64,000 nt of DNA from a virus. Every line of letters starts with the position of its first letter. Position 1 is the stretch's first letter. The stretch lies in IMG/VR virus record IMGVR_UViG_3300045988_118131; one strand, written 5' to 3'. This document shows, piece after piece, positions 8,379-15,290 of the stretch. A program made the position numbers and the translations under genes. The notes below the pieces were generated by a model. It was not told the DNA's origin. It did not search any database and saw nothing but the letters and a program-made list of their open reading frames with translations.

Positions 8379-8732
8379 ATGAGAACAATAATTATTTCTA
8401 TCCTATTGATGCTGCCCATTCTCAGTAATGCGGCATCATATAAATATTTATATGCAACTAAAGACAAGGCTAAGAATGCAGTATTAGTAAGTGACAAATG
8501 GGCAAATATAGAGTTCGACGGTGAGGAAGAAATAATTATTCTCTCATTTGAAGATAAGTTTGCCTATTTTAACATTCTGGAGCTACTAGAAAAGACTAAA
8601 GAGGAAATTACATTCAAAGTTTTGACAGACAATAGAAAGGTAACAACTTTTACAGTTTCTGAAGACTTTGTGGTTTTCTTTTACAAGGATTATAAATTTA
8701 TTCTTACTAACATTCCAAAGAAATATTGGTAA
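8379..8732 (+). CDS. secreted hypothetical protein (117 aa)
   Basis: N-terminal signal-like MRTIIISILLMLPILSNAAS. Confidence 0.6.
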   Translation: MRTIIISILLMLPILSNAASYKYLYATKDKAKNAVLVSDKWANIEFDGEEEIIILSFEDKFAYFNILELLEKTKEEITFKVLTDNRKVTTFTVSEDFVVFFYKDYKFILTNIPKKYW

Positions 8733-8869
8733 AGTAATCATAAATTATAGTTTTTGTGGCAGTGCAAAAATACTACAATAATTTGAATATTATGAGCATA
8801 GCTTTAATACTAAAATGTTGAGTAGAAAATTTTTTGTAATGTTTGCTTGGTAGGTCAAAAAAATTGTAG

Positions 8870-8877
8870 TACCTTTG
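8870..8877 (+). promoter_or_regulatory. Bacteroidota-type -7 box TAccTTTG upstream of tRNA cluster 1
   Basis: gtagtacctttgcac matches boxes at 14496, 47452, 47546; nearest TTTG lies 24 nt upstream (non-ideal). Confidence 0.45.
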
Positions 8878-8914
8878 CACTGTTAATGTTCCAAACTACT
8901 AAAGTAGTCATAAT

Positions 8915-8985
8915 TGTCCTATGGTGTAATGGTAGCACAACAGATTTTGGTTCTGTCGGTCTAGGTTCGAATCCTAGTAGGACAA
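8915..8985 (+). tRNA. tRNA-Gln (anticodon TTG)
   Basis: 7-bp acceptor tgtccta/taggaca, T arm ctagg-ttcgaat-cctag, anticodon stem acaga/tctgt, loop ttTTGgt. Confidence 0.8.
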
Positions 8986-9159
8986 CTCATGTAAAGCAGT
9001 AGTACGACATTTAGGCATCGTACCTTATAATCCAAGAGTCGGTAAAGTCAGCTGAATAAATCCGATGAGGTATATCTATAGAATAAATGCCATAGCTAGC
9101 AACAAGATAACTATAGGAACTGAAATCTTCAGTGTAGAAATACTGCTTTACAACCTTAT

Positions 9160-9236
9160 AGGGACATATCCCCTCTGCCTTATACGCTGTTGAAAGGGTA
9201 ATTGGTCACATGTGGGTTCAAGCCCCACTGTCCCTA
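9160..9236 (+). ncRNA. tRNA-like element (acceptor + T arm, no foldable D/anticodon arms)
   Basis: agggaca/tgtccct acceptor, gtggg-ttcaagc-cccac T arm, tRNA-sized at 77 nt; the internal 43 nt do not form a cloverleaf by eye. Confidence 0.4.
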
Positions 9237-9255
9237 CTATAAGCAGGATTATAAA

Positions 9256-9340
9256 GCCTGGATGGTGGAATTGGTAGACACTTCAGATTTAAGCTCTGAT
9301 GCCCATTGCGGGCGTGTGGGTTCGAGTCCCACTCCAGGTA
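9256..9340 (+). tRNA. tRNA-Leu (anticodon TAA)
   Basis: Type II tRNA; anticodon stem tcaga/tctga, loop ttTAAgc; long variable arm; T arm gtggg-ttcgagt-cccac. Confidence 0.85.
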
Positions 9341-9379
9341 CATACTTAATCAATTAATTATTAATTAAATTAAATTAAA

Positions 9380-10459
9380 ATGAAGAAAGTATTATTGATG
9401 TTTATTGCTCTTATGAGTGTTGTGTGTTTGAGTGCACAAGAGTTGAGAATGCCAAAGTACAAGTTTACTGACAACTGGTCAATCAGTGTGGGTGGAGGAA
9501 TTATGTCCTCGTTTGGAGATAAACAAAGTTCTTTTGAACATAAAGATTTCTCCAATCCGTCTGTACATTTAGGATTAAACAAGTATTTTACTCCAGTAGC
9601 AGGAGCTAGATTTCAAGGAGAGTGGAAGAAGTTTAATACTGAATTAGAAGATGTCCATACAGCAGGAGTGTATAGTGATTTGTTAATCAACCCAATTAAC
9701 ATTTTCAATTCAAATTACGATAGAAAATTTAATGTAGTAATTCCAATTGGCGTAGGTTATTTACATTCATTTAAAAATGATCAAAGTGCAAAACAAGACT
9801 TCCTGATTCCCAGAGTTGGACTTCAACTTAATTATGATATTACAGACGCAGTACAATTAAATCTAGAGGGAATAGCTTCATTGTCGCATGACAAACTAGA
9901 CTTCATTGTAAATAAAGCACAGTATGACGGGTTTATTACTACCTCTTTAGGAATTACCTATAAATTTAAGAACCATAATGGAAGTCGAGGATTTAAGTAT
10001 ATTCCATCTTATGACCAGGAAGATATTGACTTTTTAAATGAGGAAATTAACAGAATTAAGGCAGAATGTGAGAAAACTCCGAAAACAATTACTGTAGTTG
10101 ATACTATTCACGTAAAAGATACTGTATTTGTTAGAGAAGTTTCTCCAACTACTATTAGATTCCATATTAATTCTGCTGAAATAGCTCCTGAACAAATGGC
10201 TAATGTTAGAAACATAGCTGATCATGTTAAGGACAATGCTATTAAAAAGTTAGTAGTTACTGGTTATGCTGATGCCAAAACTGGAACTCCAGAATATAAT
10301 CAGAAACTCAGTGAGAAGAGAGCAGAATCTGTTAAAAGAGCATTAATTAGTTTTGGAGTGCCTGAAGATAGACTGATTGTAGGAGCTGAGGGAGATAAAG
10401 TTCAGCAGTATGAGAACAATGATTGGAATCGAGCTACAATTATAGTCTCTCAAAACTAA
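9380..10459 (+). CDS. OmpA-family outer-membrane protein (signal peptide, beta-rich N domain, C-terminal OmpA/peptidoglycan-binding domain)
   Basis: MKKVLLMFIALMSVVCLSAQ signal; C-terminal VTGYADAKTGTPEYNQKLSEKRAESVKRAL..GVPEDRL matches the OmpA-like domain consensus. Confidence 0.75.
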   Translation: MKKVLLMFIALMSVVCLSAQELRMPKYKFTDNWSISVGGGIMSSFGDKQSSFEHKDFSNPSVHLGLNKYFTPVAGARFQGEWKKFNTELEDVHTAGVYSDLLINPINIFNSNYDRKFNVVIPIGVGYLHSFKNDQSAKQDFLIPRVGLQLNYDITDAVQLNLEGIASLSHDKLDFIVNKAQYDGFITTSLGITYKFKNHNGSRGFKYIPSYDQEDIDFLNEEINRIKAECEKTPKTITVVDTIHVKDTVFVREVSPTTIRFHINSAEIAPEQMANVRNIADHVKDNAIKKLVVTGYADAKTGTPEYNQKLSEKRAESVKRALISFGVPEDRLIVGAEGDKVQQYENNDWNRATIIVSQN

Positions 10460-10465
10460 ATCCAG

Positions 10466-10515
10466 ACCATTTAAAAGGAATATCCAAATTGATTCGAAGT
10501 TCTCTTTTAAATGGT
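10466..10515. repeat. long-hairpin repeat, copy 4
   Basis: accatttaaaagga...tctcttttaaatggt. Confidence 0.7.
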
Positions 10516-10535
10516 TAAACTCAAAAATCTCTATT

Positions 10536-10823
10536 ATGTCCAAAAGTAAAAAACTTCCTATCTACAAGGATAGAGGAATTGCACAACATAGCACTTTCAG
10601 AAGAAAAATAAAAAGAAGAATAAGACAAAAAGTCAAAGAGTTATTAACTCTACTGGATATAGAATCTTATGAACTTCCCTCTCCGAAAGTTTTGGTAAAT
10701 GACTATGATTGGTGTGATTATATCTTTGATTTTAGATTTAAGAGCCAAAGTAGATATATAAGAGATACAGAAGAGTATGATAAATATATGGAAGAATCGC
10801 AAATTAGATATTCTAGAAAATAG
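10536..10823 (+). CDS. small basic protein (95 aa)
   Basis: ATG ORF; RRKIKRRIRQKVK tract. Confidence 0.6.
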   Translation: MSKSKKLPIYKDRGIAQHSTFRRKIKRRIRQKVKELLTLLDIESYELPSPKVLVNDYDWCDYIFDFRFKSQSRYIRDTEEYDKYMEESQIRYSRK

Positions 10824-10844
10824 AATCTAATCTTTTTAGATTCT
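10822..10844 (+). terminator. hairpin agaatctaa-tcttt-ttagattct
   Basis: Perfect 9-bp stem overlapping the stop codon, T-rich tail. Confidence 0.6.
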
Positions 10845-11004
10845 TTATATTTAAAGAGTGACTAAATAAAAGAACTCCTTTATATAAGGACAACTTTTGC
10901 CAACCTAGTGAGGTTTTATCCTAGTGTCACCACTCTTGATGAGTAGAGGATAGATCTTTATGGCAACATAAAGTTAACAACCTCCTCCAAATAGAGGAGG
11001 ATTT

Positions 11005-11077
11005 CGAGTAATGATGTTCAATGGTAGCATGATAGCTTTGGGAGCTATTCGAGCCAGTTCGAGTCTGGCTTACTCGA
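11005..11077 (+). tRNA. tRNA-Pro (anticodon TGG), copy 1
   Basis: Acceptor cgagtaa/ttactcg, anticodon stem atagc/gctat, loop ttTGGga, T arm gccag-ttcgagt-ctggc. Confidence 0.8.
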
Positions 11078-11330
11078 CGAGCAGAAGTAACAGTATAGTG
11101 TAGAGTTGCATAATTGCCTTAAACAAGTAATAGGTGGGAGCGTAACGAACTTCTACTGTAGAACTTCATCCTGTTTCGACATTTTCAGTCTAAATGCTGG
11201 GTGGTTACTTCCCAATTAAATAGTAGACCGTGTCTAGCTACGTTATCAACTAGTCGTGTTGTACGGTTAGAACAGCTCCTTCTAGGGTAATCAGACGTTC
11301 CGCATGGTGTTCGATAAAATCATGCAATAT

Positions 11331-11413
11331 CGCGAGGTAGTGTAAAGGTAACATCCTAGGCTCATAACCTAGAGAAGCGAAGAGTGTTGCAGGTTCGAGT
11401 CCTGCCCTCGCAA
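11331..11413 (+). tRNA. initiator-type tRNA-fMet (anticodon CAT) with 16-nt variable region
   Basis: 5' CGCGAGG and 3' CCTCGCAA give a C1-A72 mismatch as in bacterial tRNAfMet; loop CTCATAA; variable region agaagcgaagagtgtt instead of about 5 nt. Confidence 0.6.
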
Positions 11414-11476
11414 CAAGGGTCAATCGGAAGATTGATTCTACAAGTTGTAAATAAACCGGTCAATGTTTATGACTTG

Positions 11477-11552
11477 TGCGGAATGGAGAAGTGGTCTATC
11501 TCGCTGGGGCACATATGCTCAGAGGCCAGAGGTTCGAATCCTCTTTCCGCAA
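11477..11552 (+). tRNA. tRNA with CAU centred in a 9-nt anticodon loop (Met/Ile2-like)
   Basis: Good acceptor tgcggaa/ttccgca, D arm gaga/tctc, T arm agagg-ttcgaat-cctct; anticodon stem ctggg/ctcag encloses gcaCATatg. Confidence 0.5.
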
Positions 11553-11610
11553 CAAACTCCTTTTGTGGCTCCCAATAAATTAATTATTAACAATTTAAAA
11601 TTTTTTAAGT

Positions 11611-11730
11611 ATGAAAAAAGTAATTAATGTTGTAAAGAAAGCTGCTGAGTGGTATTTTGAACAGAGTTCCAAAAGCTATGTATGGTTAGTTTCAGGAACT
11701 ATTCCTCCGCCTAACAAAGGTTTGGAGTGA
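11611..11730 (+). CDS. small hypothetical protein (39 aa)
   Basis: ATG ORF MKKVINVVKKAAEWYFEQ...; between tRNAs. Confidence 0.3.
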   Translation: MKKVINVVKKAAEWYFEQSSKSYVWLVSGTIPPPNKGLE

Positions 11731-11767
11731 ATATACTACTAATGTTAGAAATGTAAACACTAAAAAT

Positions 11768-11845
11768 ATGAAAGATAACAGATTTAAATTAATTTCCATA
11801 ATATTTGGAATTATTTTATTTATTGTGTTGATGATTCAATGGTAA
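11768..11845 (+). CDS. small hydrophobic peptide (25 aa)
   Basis: MKDNRFKLISIIFGIILFIVLMIQW; single TM-like segment. Confidence 0.3.
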   Translation: MKDNRFKLISIIFGIILFIVLMIQW

Positions 11846-11904
11846 TTTCCTCAATGGGGGAAATAGGTAGACCCACTGGTAAGAATTTTACATGATAATT
11901 AAAT

Positions 11905-11992
11905 ACCCTCTTGTTGGAACTGGTAGACATCCATGATTTAGGCTCATGGGCGAAGTAACAGTAGCGTGAGAGTTCGAATCTCTCAGAGGGTA
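11905..11992 (+). tRNA. tRNA-Leu (anticodon TAG)
   Basis: Acceptor accctct/agagggt; anticodon stem catga/tcatg, loop ttTAGgc; long variable arm; T arm gagag-ttcgaat-ctctc. Confidence 0.85.
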
Positions 11993-11994
11993 CT

Positions 11995-12180
11995 ATGCGT
12001 AGAACAGACATTTTAGAACGTAAAGAAGACATCCTTAAATGGATAGGAGAAGATTTACCAAATGCAGAGATTGCTAGAAGACTAGCCTGTAAAGTAGATA
12101 CTTTAAAGTCTTATTACACTAAGATGGGAATAACATACTCAGGTAATCAAATTATTTGTTTAATTCTAAAAATAAATTAA
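11995..12180 (+). pseudogene. N-terminal fragment of an HTH-HNH homing endonuclease (61 aa)
   Basis: ILKWIGEDLPNAEIARRLACKVDTLKSYYTKMGITYSGNQ resembles the HTH...GNQG N-terminal module of phage HNH endonucleases; the nuclease domain is absent. Confidence 0.4.
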
Positions 12181-12181
12181 G

Positions 12182-12451
12182 ATGAAAGTAGTACTAAGTA
12201 CAGTATTAGATTTCGAATCCTTAGAGGACATAGTAGCTGCTTGTGCAGATTGTATTGAAAATAGTGATTTAACATCTCTTGACGATGGAGTTCCAGAGGA
12301 TTGGGATCTGCCCGAAGTTTGGAATGAAGAAGTGGTTAAAGACTTCTTAAAATTCAATGGTTCTATATTTGCTAGATGTCAAGGAATTGATTTGGAGACA
12401 GATCTTTTTGACGATAATTTTAGTGAAACAAGAGTAGAAATAGAAGAGTAA
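12182..12451 (+). CDS. acidic hypothetical protein (89 aa)
   Basis: ATG ORF from track. Confidence 0.6.
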   Translation: MKVVLSTVLDFESLEDIVAACADCIENSDLTSLDDGVPEDWDLPEVWNEEVVKDFLKFNGSIFARCQGIDLETDLFDDNFSETRVEIEE

Positions 12452-12645
12452 TGATAGGACTTATTTTGTTTGTAGTATGGGTAGTTTCCGTGGTAGGTGC
12501 AGTATCATATTATGCACGGGAAACCATGGATCCCACCGCACCTAGAGTAGTAATAGCTTTTTTCCCTATAGTAAATACTTTATTCTGTTTAAGAAAAAGG
12601 TTGTTTAGTAATGTATTCAATGACATAGTTAAAGAATTTAAATAA
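12451..12645 (+). CDS. small membrane protein (64 aa)
   Basis: Hydrophobic N-terminus LILFVVWVVSVVGAV; start/stop overlaps on both sides. Confidence 0.55.
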   Translation: MIGLILFVVWVVSVVGAVSYYARETMDPTAPRVVIAFFPIVNTLFCLRKRLFSNVFNDIVKEFK

Positions 12646-13202
12646 TGCCGAGTTATCAAATTACGATTAATGCTCCAGAGGGTAAAATTCCAGTTTACAA
12701 CGAAAGTACTCAAAGTATTGATTTTGTAGACTCTGACATTAGAGAAAAAGTTAAAACCTACGAGGATGCACTTAAAGTCTTGGGAGAAGAAAGACCATCC
12801 TATGTTGATGACATGCCCAAACATCTAGCTGCAAGAATCAAATGTGAGACTATATTGAGAGCATTGAATGGGGATCACAAATTCCATCTTACGGAGGGTG
12901 CTTGGTATTATCCTTGGTTAAAAATATATCTAGAATCTAGTACTCCTAAAGAGTATAAGATAGAAAGTAATCCTCTATTTCTTTATGAAGGTAAAAAATA
13001 CTGGCTGCGCTCTGGTAATTTTGCCTATGTTCCTGGCGGCGTCGCTTATTTCGATGCTGTTAATGGTTCTGGCGATTCTTCTACCTATGTCGGCTTCGCT
13101 TGCCGGAGTAGAGAGATAGCGGACTATTTTAGTGAGCAATTCAAAAAGCTCTATTTCGATGCTATCTACGGAGGCATATTAGAGTATAAATGGTGTAATT
13201 AA
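12645..13202 (+). CDS. hypothetical protein (185 aa)
   Basis: ATG ORF from track. Confidence 0.65.
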   Translation: MPSYQITINAPEGKIPVYNESTQSIDFVDSDIREKVKTYEDALKVLGEERPSYVDDMPKHLAARIKCETILRALNGDHKFHLTEGAWYYPWLKIYLESSTPKEYKIESNPLFLYEGKKYWLRSGNFAYVPGGVAYFDAVNGSGDSSTYVGFACRSREIADYFSEQFKKLYFDAIYGGILEYKWCN

Positions 13203-13218
13203 ACAAAAAAAACAAAAT

Positions 13219-14118
13219 ATGAAAAAGTGTAATGAAGTATTTTTCAGTGATAAAGGTATGACTAGTACAAGTGCGAATCATTTAGCTAACATTGCCGCTG
13301 AAGTGGTTCAAGCTCGTAAACTGGAGTTAGAAAACGTTACGTTTATTAGCGAATATATTTCTGTACTAGGCACTAACAGAGAAAAGGTTCTTGTTGTAGA
13401 AGGTAATAGTGCAGAGGATATAACTAGGATAAAAGAATCTCTTAAATTTATTTCCGAAGCCAATTCATTTATCGCTTGGGTTAGAGAAGCTATAAAGGCT
13501 AAAGAAGAAGAGCTTAATGAAATATCAAACATCTCTTTAGAAGATTATTGCAACCTAATGAAAGTTGAAGTTCCTCTATTGCCTAGCAGGATGCAAGAAG
13601 TCACCGAAGAAGACATTTTGGGAACTTGGAATATTAAAGAGAGAAATGAGTATTACTCGTTGGAAGCCTACTCAGCTGCTATCGGTAAATTTATTCACCC
13701 AAATGGAGCTTTTTCTAAAGCTCGTAAGCAGTTACAGGCTAAGCTAACTAGACCTCATAGTGTAGATAAGAGTTCTTCTTCCAACATAGTAATCTATGAC
13801 TATATTCCCTCAGTAGAGCTATCTACAGTTGAAGATTCGTTTCTTGAGATGCAGAATACGCATAGAGCTTTGACTGCTAGGCTAAATCAGTTGAAATTTA
13901 GATTGAAGACTGAGGCGGCAGAGTTAACTAGGAAAAGACATGATGAATGGCACATGCTTGCAGATGAAATGAATTCTAGAAGACAAAAACTATATTCAGA
14001 CTTAATTACTTATAAAAATTCTGAAACTCAGAAAATAAGTCAACTGAAAATAGTTATTCCAGAGGCACTTAAAGAAGTGTTTGATTTTCTTCAGAATATC
14101 CAAAATGCAAAGAAATAA
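13219..14118 (+). CDS. hypothetical protein (299 aa)
   Basis: ATG ORF from track. Confidence 0.7.
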   Translation: MKKCNEVFFSDKGMTSTSANHLANIAAEVVQARKLELENVTFISEYISVLGTNREKVLVVEGNSAEDITRIKESLKFISEANSFIAWVREAIKAKEEELNEISNISLEDYCNLMKVEVPLLPSRMQEVTEEDILGTWNIKERNEYYSLEAYSAAIGKFIHPNGAFSKARKQLQAKLTRPHSVDKSSSSNIVIYDYIPSVELSTVEDSFLEMQNTHRALTARLNQLKFRLKTEAAELTRKRHDEWHMLADEMNSRRQKLYSDLITYKNSETQKISQLKIVIPEALKEVFDFLQNIQNAKK

Positions 14119-14163
14119 AGGTGAATAGGACTTAATCCTCATTGGGATTTAACCATTCTTTGT

Positions 14164-14353
14164 GTGAGTAAAGAAATATACCAATAATTTATTAAATAAA
14201 GAATATAATCTTAATTTGTCAATCTGACAAATGTTTAAATTACTGACAGTTCGCAGAAATATATTAAATTTCTGTCTTGGTTTTTGGCTTCGCTTTGCGA
14301 ACTGGTCTTTGCTTTCGATTTAGTTCTTGGCATAATTATATTTCTTTACTCAC
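14164..14353. repeat. 190-nt element bounded by a perfect 17-bp inverted repeat (structured RNA or MITE-like)
   Basis: gtgagtaaagaaatata (14164-14180) is the exact reverse complement of tatatttctttactcac (14337-14353); internal hairpins ttgtca/tgacaa and cagttcgca/tgcgaactg. Confidence 0.7.
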
Positions 14354-14362
14354 GACTTAAAT

Positions 14363-14435
14363 GTCCCTATCGTCTAGTGGTTTAGGACAAAGCACTTTCG
14401 ATGCTTAAACACGAGTTCGAGTCTCGTTGGGGATA
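14363..14435 (+). tRNA. tRNA-Glu (anticodon TTC)
   Basis: Body similar to bacterial tRNA-Glu (GTCCC..TCGTCTAG..GGAC); anticodon stem aagca/tgctt, loop ctTTCga. Confidence 0.8.
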
Positions 14436-14471
14436 CTAAAAATAAAATTTTTGTAAAAATTTTATCAGATA

Positions 14472-14503
14472 TTTGGCTAGTAAAAATAAAAGTAGTATCT
14501 TTG
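14472..14503 (+). promoter_or_regulatory. Bacteroidota-type promoter TTTG-N20-TAtcTTTG
   Basis: TTTG 14472-14475, TAtcTTTG 14496-14503; precedes a tRNA cluster. Confidence 0.65.
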
Positions 14504-14514
14504 TATCACTATTT

Positions 14515-14568
14515 CGAAGGTATAGTGTAAAGGTAGCATAACTCACTGTCTATGAGCCATACTTTCGG
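14515..14568 (+). ncRNA. T-arm-less tRNA-Asp-like element (anticodon GTC), 54 nt
   Basis: Acceptor cgaaggt/actttcg (7 bp); D arm near-identical to the fMet tRNA (tagtgtaaaggtagcat); anticodon stem-loop actca-ctGTCta-tgagc; only 3 nt where the variable and T arms should be. Confidence 0.4.
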
Positions 14569-14576
14569 CAAAATAT

Positions 14577-14650
14577 TGGGTAATGGGAAAGTTGATTAAT
14601 CCGCTGCATTTGGGATGCAGAGATCGCCAGTTTGAGTCTGACTTACCCAA
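14577..14650 (+). tRNA. tRNA-Pro (anticodon TGG), copy 2
   Basis: Acceptor tgggtaa/ttaccca; anticodon stem ctgca/tgcag, loop ttTGGga; T arm gccag-tttgagt-ctgac with one mismatch. Confidence 0.65.
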
Positions 14651-14656
14651 CTATTT

Positions 14657-14731
14657 AGAGGATTAGCTCAGTTGGTTCAGAGCACTTGATTTACATTCAA
14701 GGGGTCATGAGTTCGAATCTCATATCCTCTA
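14657..14731 (+). tRNA. tRNA-Val (anticodon TAC)
   Basis: Canonical cloverleaf: agaggat/atcctct, gctc..gagc, cttga-ttTACat-tcaag, atgag-ttcgaat-ctcat. Confidence 0.9.
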
Positions 14732-14751
14732 CTCAAATTAATTAAAAATAG

Positions 14752-15051
14752 ATGATTATGGATTATTTAATTTTAGGTATTTGTATTTTAATTTGTATTT
14801 TAGTGGTGTTCCTTCTAGTAGCATTGATGTTTTGTAACTACATGATAGATAGGAACGATCTAGTTTATAATTTTCGTATGACAGTGTTTACAGAAAATCC
14901 TGACATGTACGAAAAGTTACCATCCTATGATACTATGATGTCCTATTTCTGGATTTCGTTGTGTGATTTAGATAACTGGATAGACTTTAAATACCCAGAA
15001 TGTGGAGGAATCTTTCAAGCTATTAGAAATTATATCAACTATAAAAACTAA
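14752..15051 (+). CDS. membrane protein (99 aa)
   Basis: N-terminal TM segment LILGICILICILVVFLLVALMF. Confidence 0.55.
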   Translation: MIMDYLILGICILICILVVFLLVALMFCNYMIDRNDLVYNFRMTVFTENPDMYEKLPSYDTMMSYFWISLCDLDNWIDFKYPECGGIFQAIRNYINYKN

Positions 15052-15055
15052 TAAA

Positions 15056-15283
15056 ATGACAATATTAACTTTCTATAGTATTGGAGTATTAATCTCAATA
15101 ATATTCCTTGCGATTTTATCCTATATTGCTATCTACAAAGGTAGAGATTTAACCTTAAGAGTATTGATCTCAATAATATTGTATAGTTTAGCATCTTGGT
15201 TTTGCATATTTTCTATTATTGTTATTTTAGTTATAAATTGCTTATCGAAGTTTGATACAATATTAATAAAAGGTAGAAAATAA
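15056..15283 (+). CDS. membrane protein (75 aa)
   Basis: In-frame ATG after the preceding stop; two hydrophobic segments. Confidence 0.5.
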   Translation: MTILTFYSIGVLISIIFLAILSYIAIYKGRDLTLRVLISIILYSLASWFCIFSIIVILVINCLSKFDTILIKGRK

Positions 15284-15290
15284 TAAAGTT

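Noticed and set aside
8759-8882. Long-range 9-bp complementarity cagtgcaaa / tttgcactg flanking the promoter region upstream of tRNA-Gln
   Set aside because: It is a single short pairing about 110 nt apart. The 3' half overlaps the -7 promoter box consensus (cctttgcac). It is likely coincidental.
9062-9069. CCGAUGAG (9062) and CUUGAUGAG (10935..10943) as further hammerhead cores in tRNA-flanking spacers
   Set aside because: Core positions C3/U4 deviate from CUGAUGA. I could not find a following stem II, GAAA, stem III and cleavage triplet arrangement.
11384-11578. Track ORFs overlapping tRNA or tmRNA genes (11384..11578, 11820..12032, 15133..15369, 15736..15966, 16388..16723, 16817..17041, and the N-terminal extensions of 16409, 17007, 17533 and 27018)
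   Set aside because: They are read through well-folded tRNA sequences. For the + strand ones I moved the start to the first ATG downstream of the tRNA.
11848-11900. Additional tRNA just upstream of tRNA-Leu(TAG) (gggggaaataggtagacccactggtaag...)
   Set aside because: It resembles only the 5' acceptor/D-arm part of a Leu-type tRNA. There is no anticodon stem, T arm or 3' acceptor strand, so it is probably a duplication fragment.
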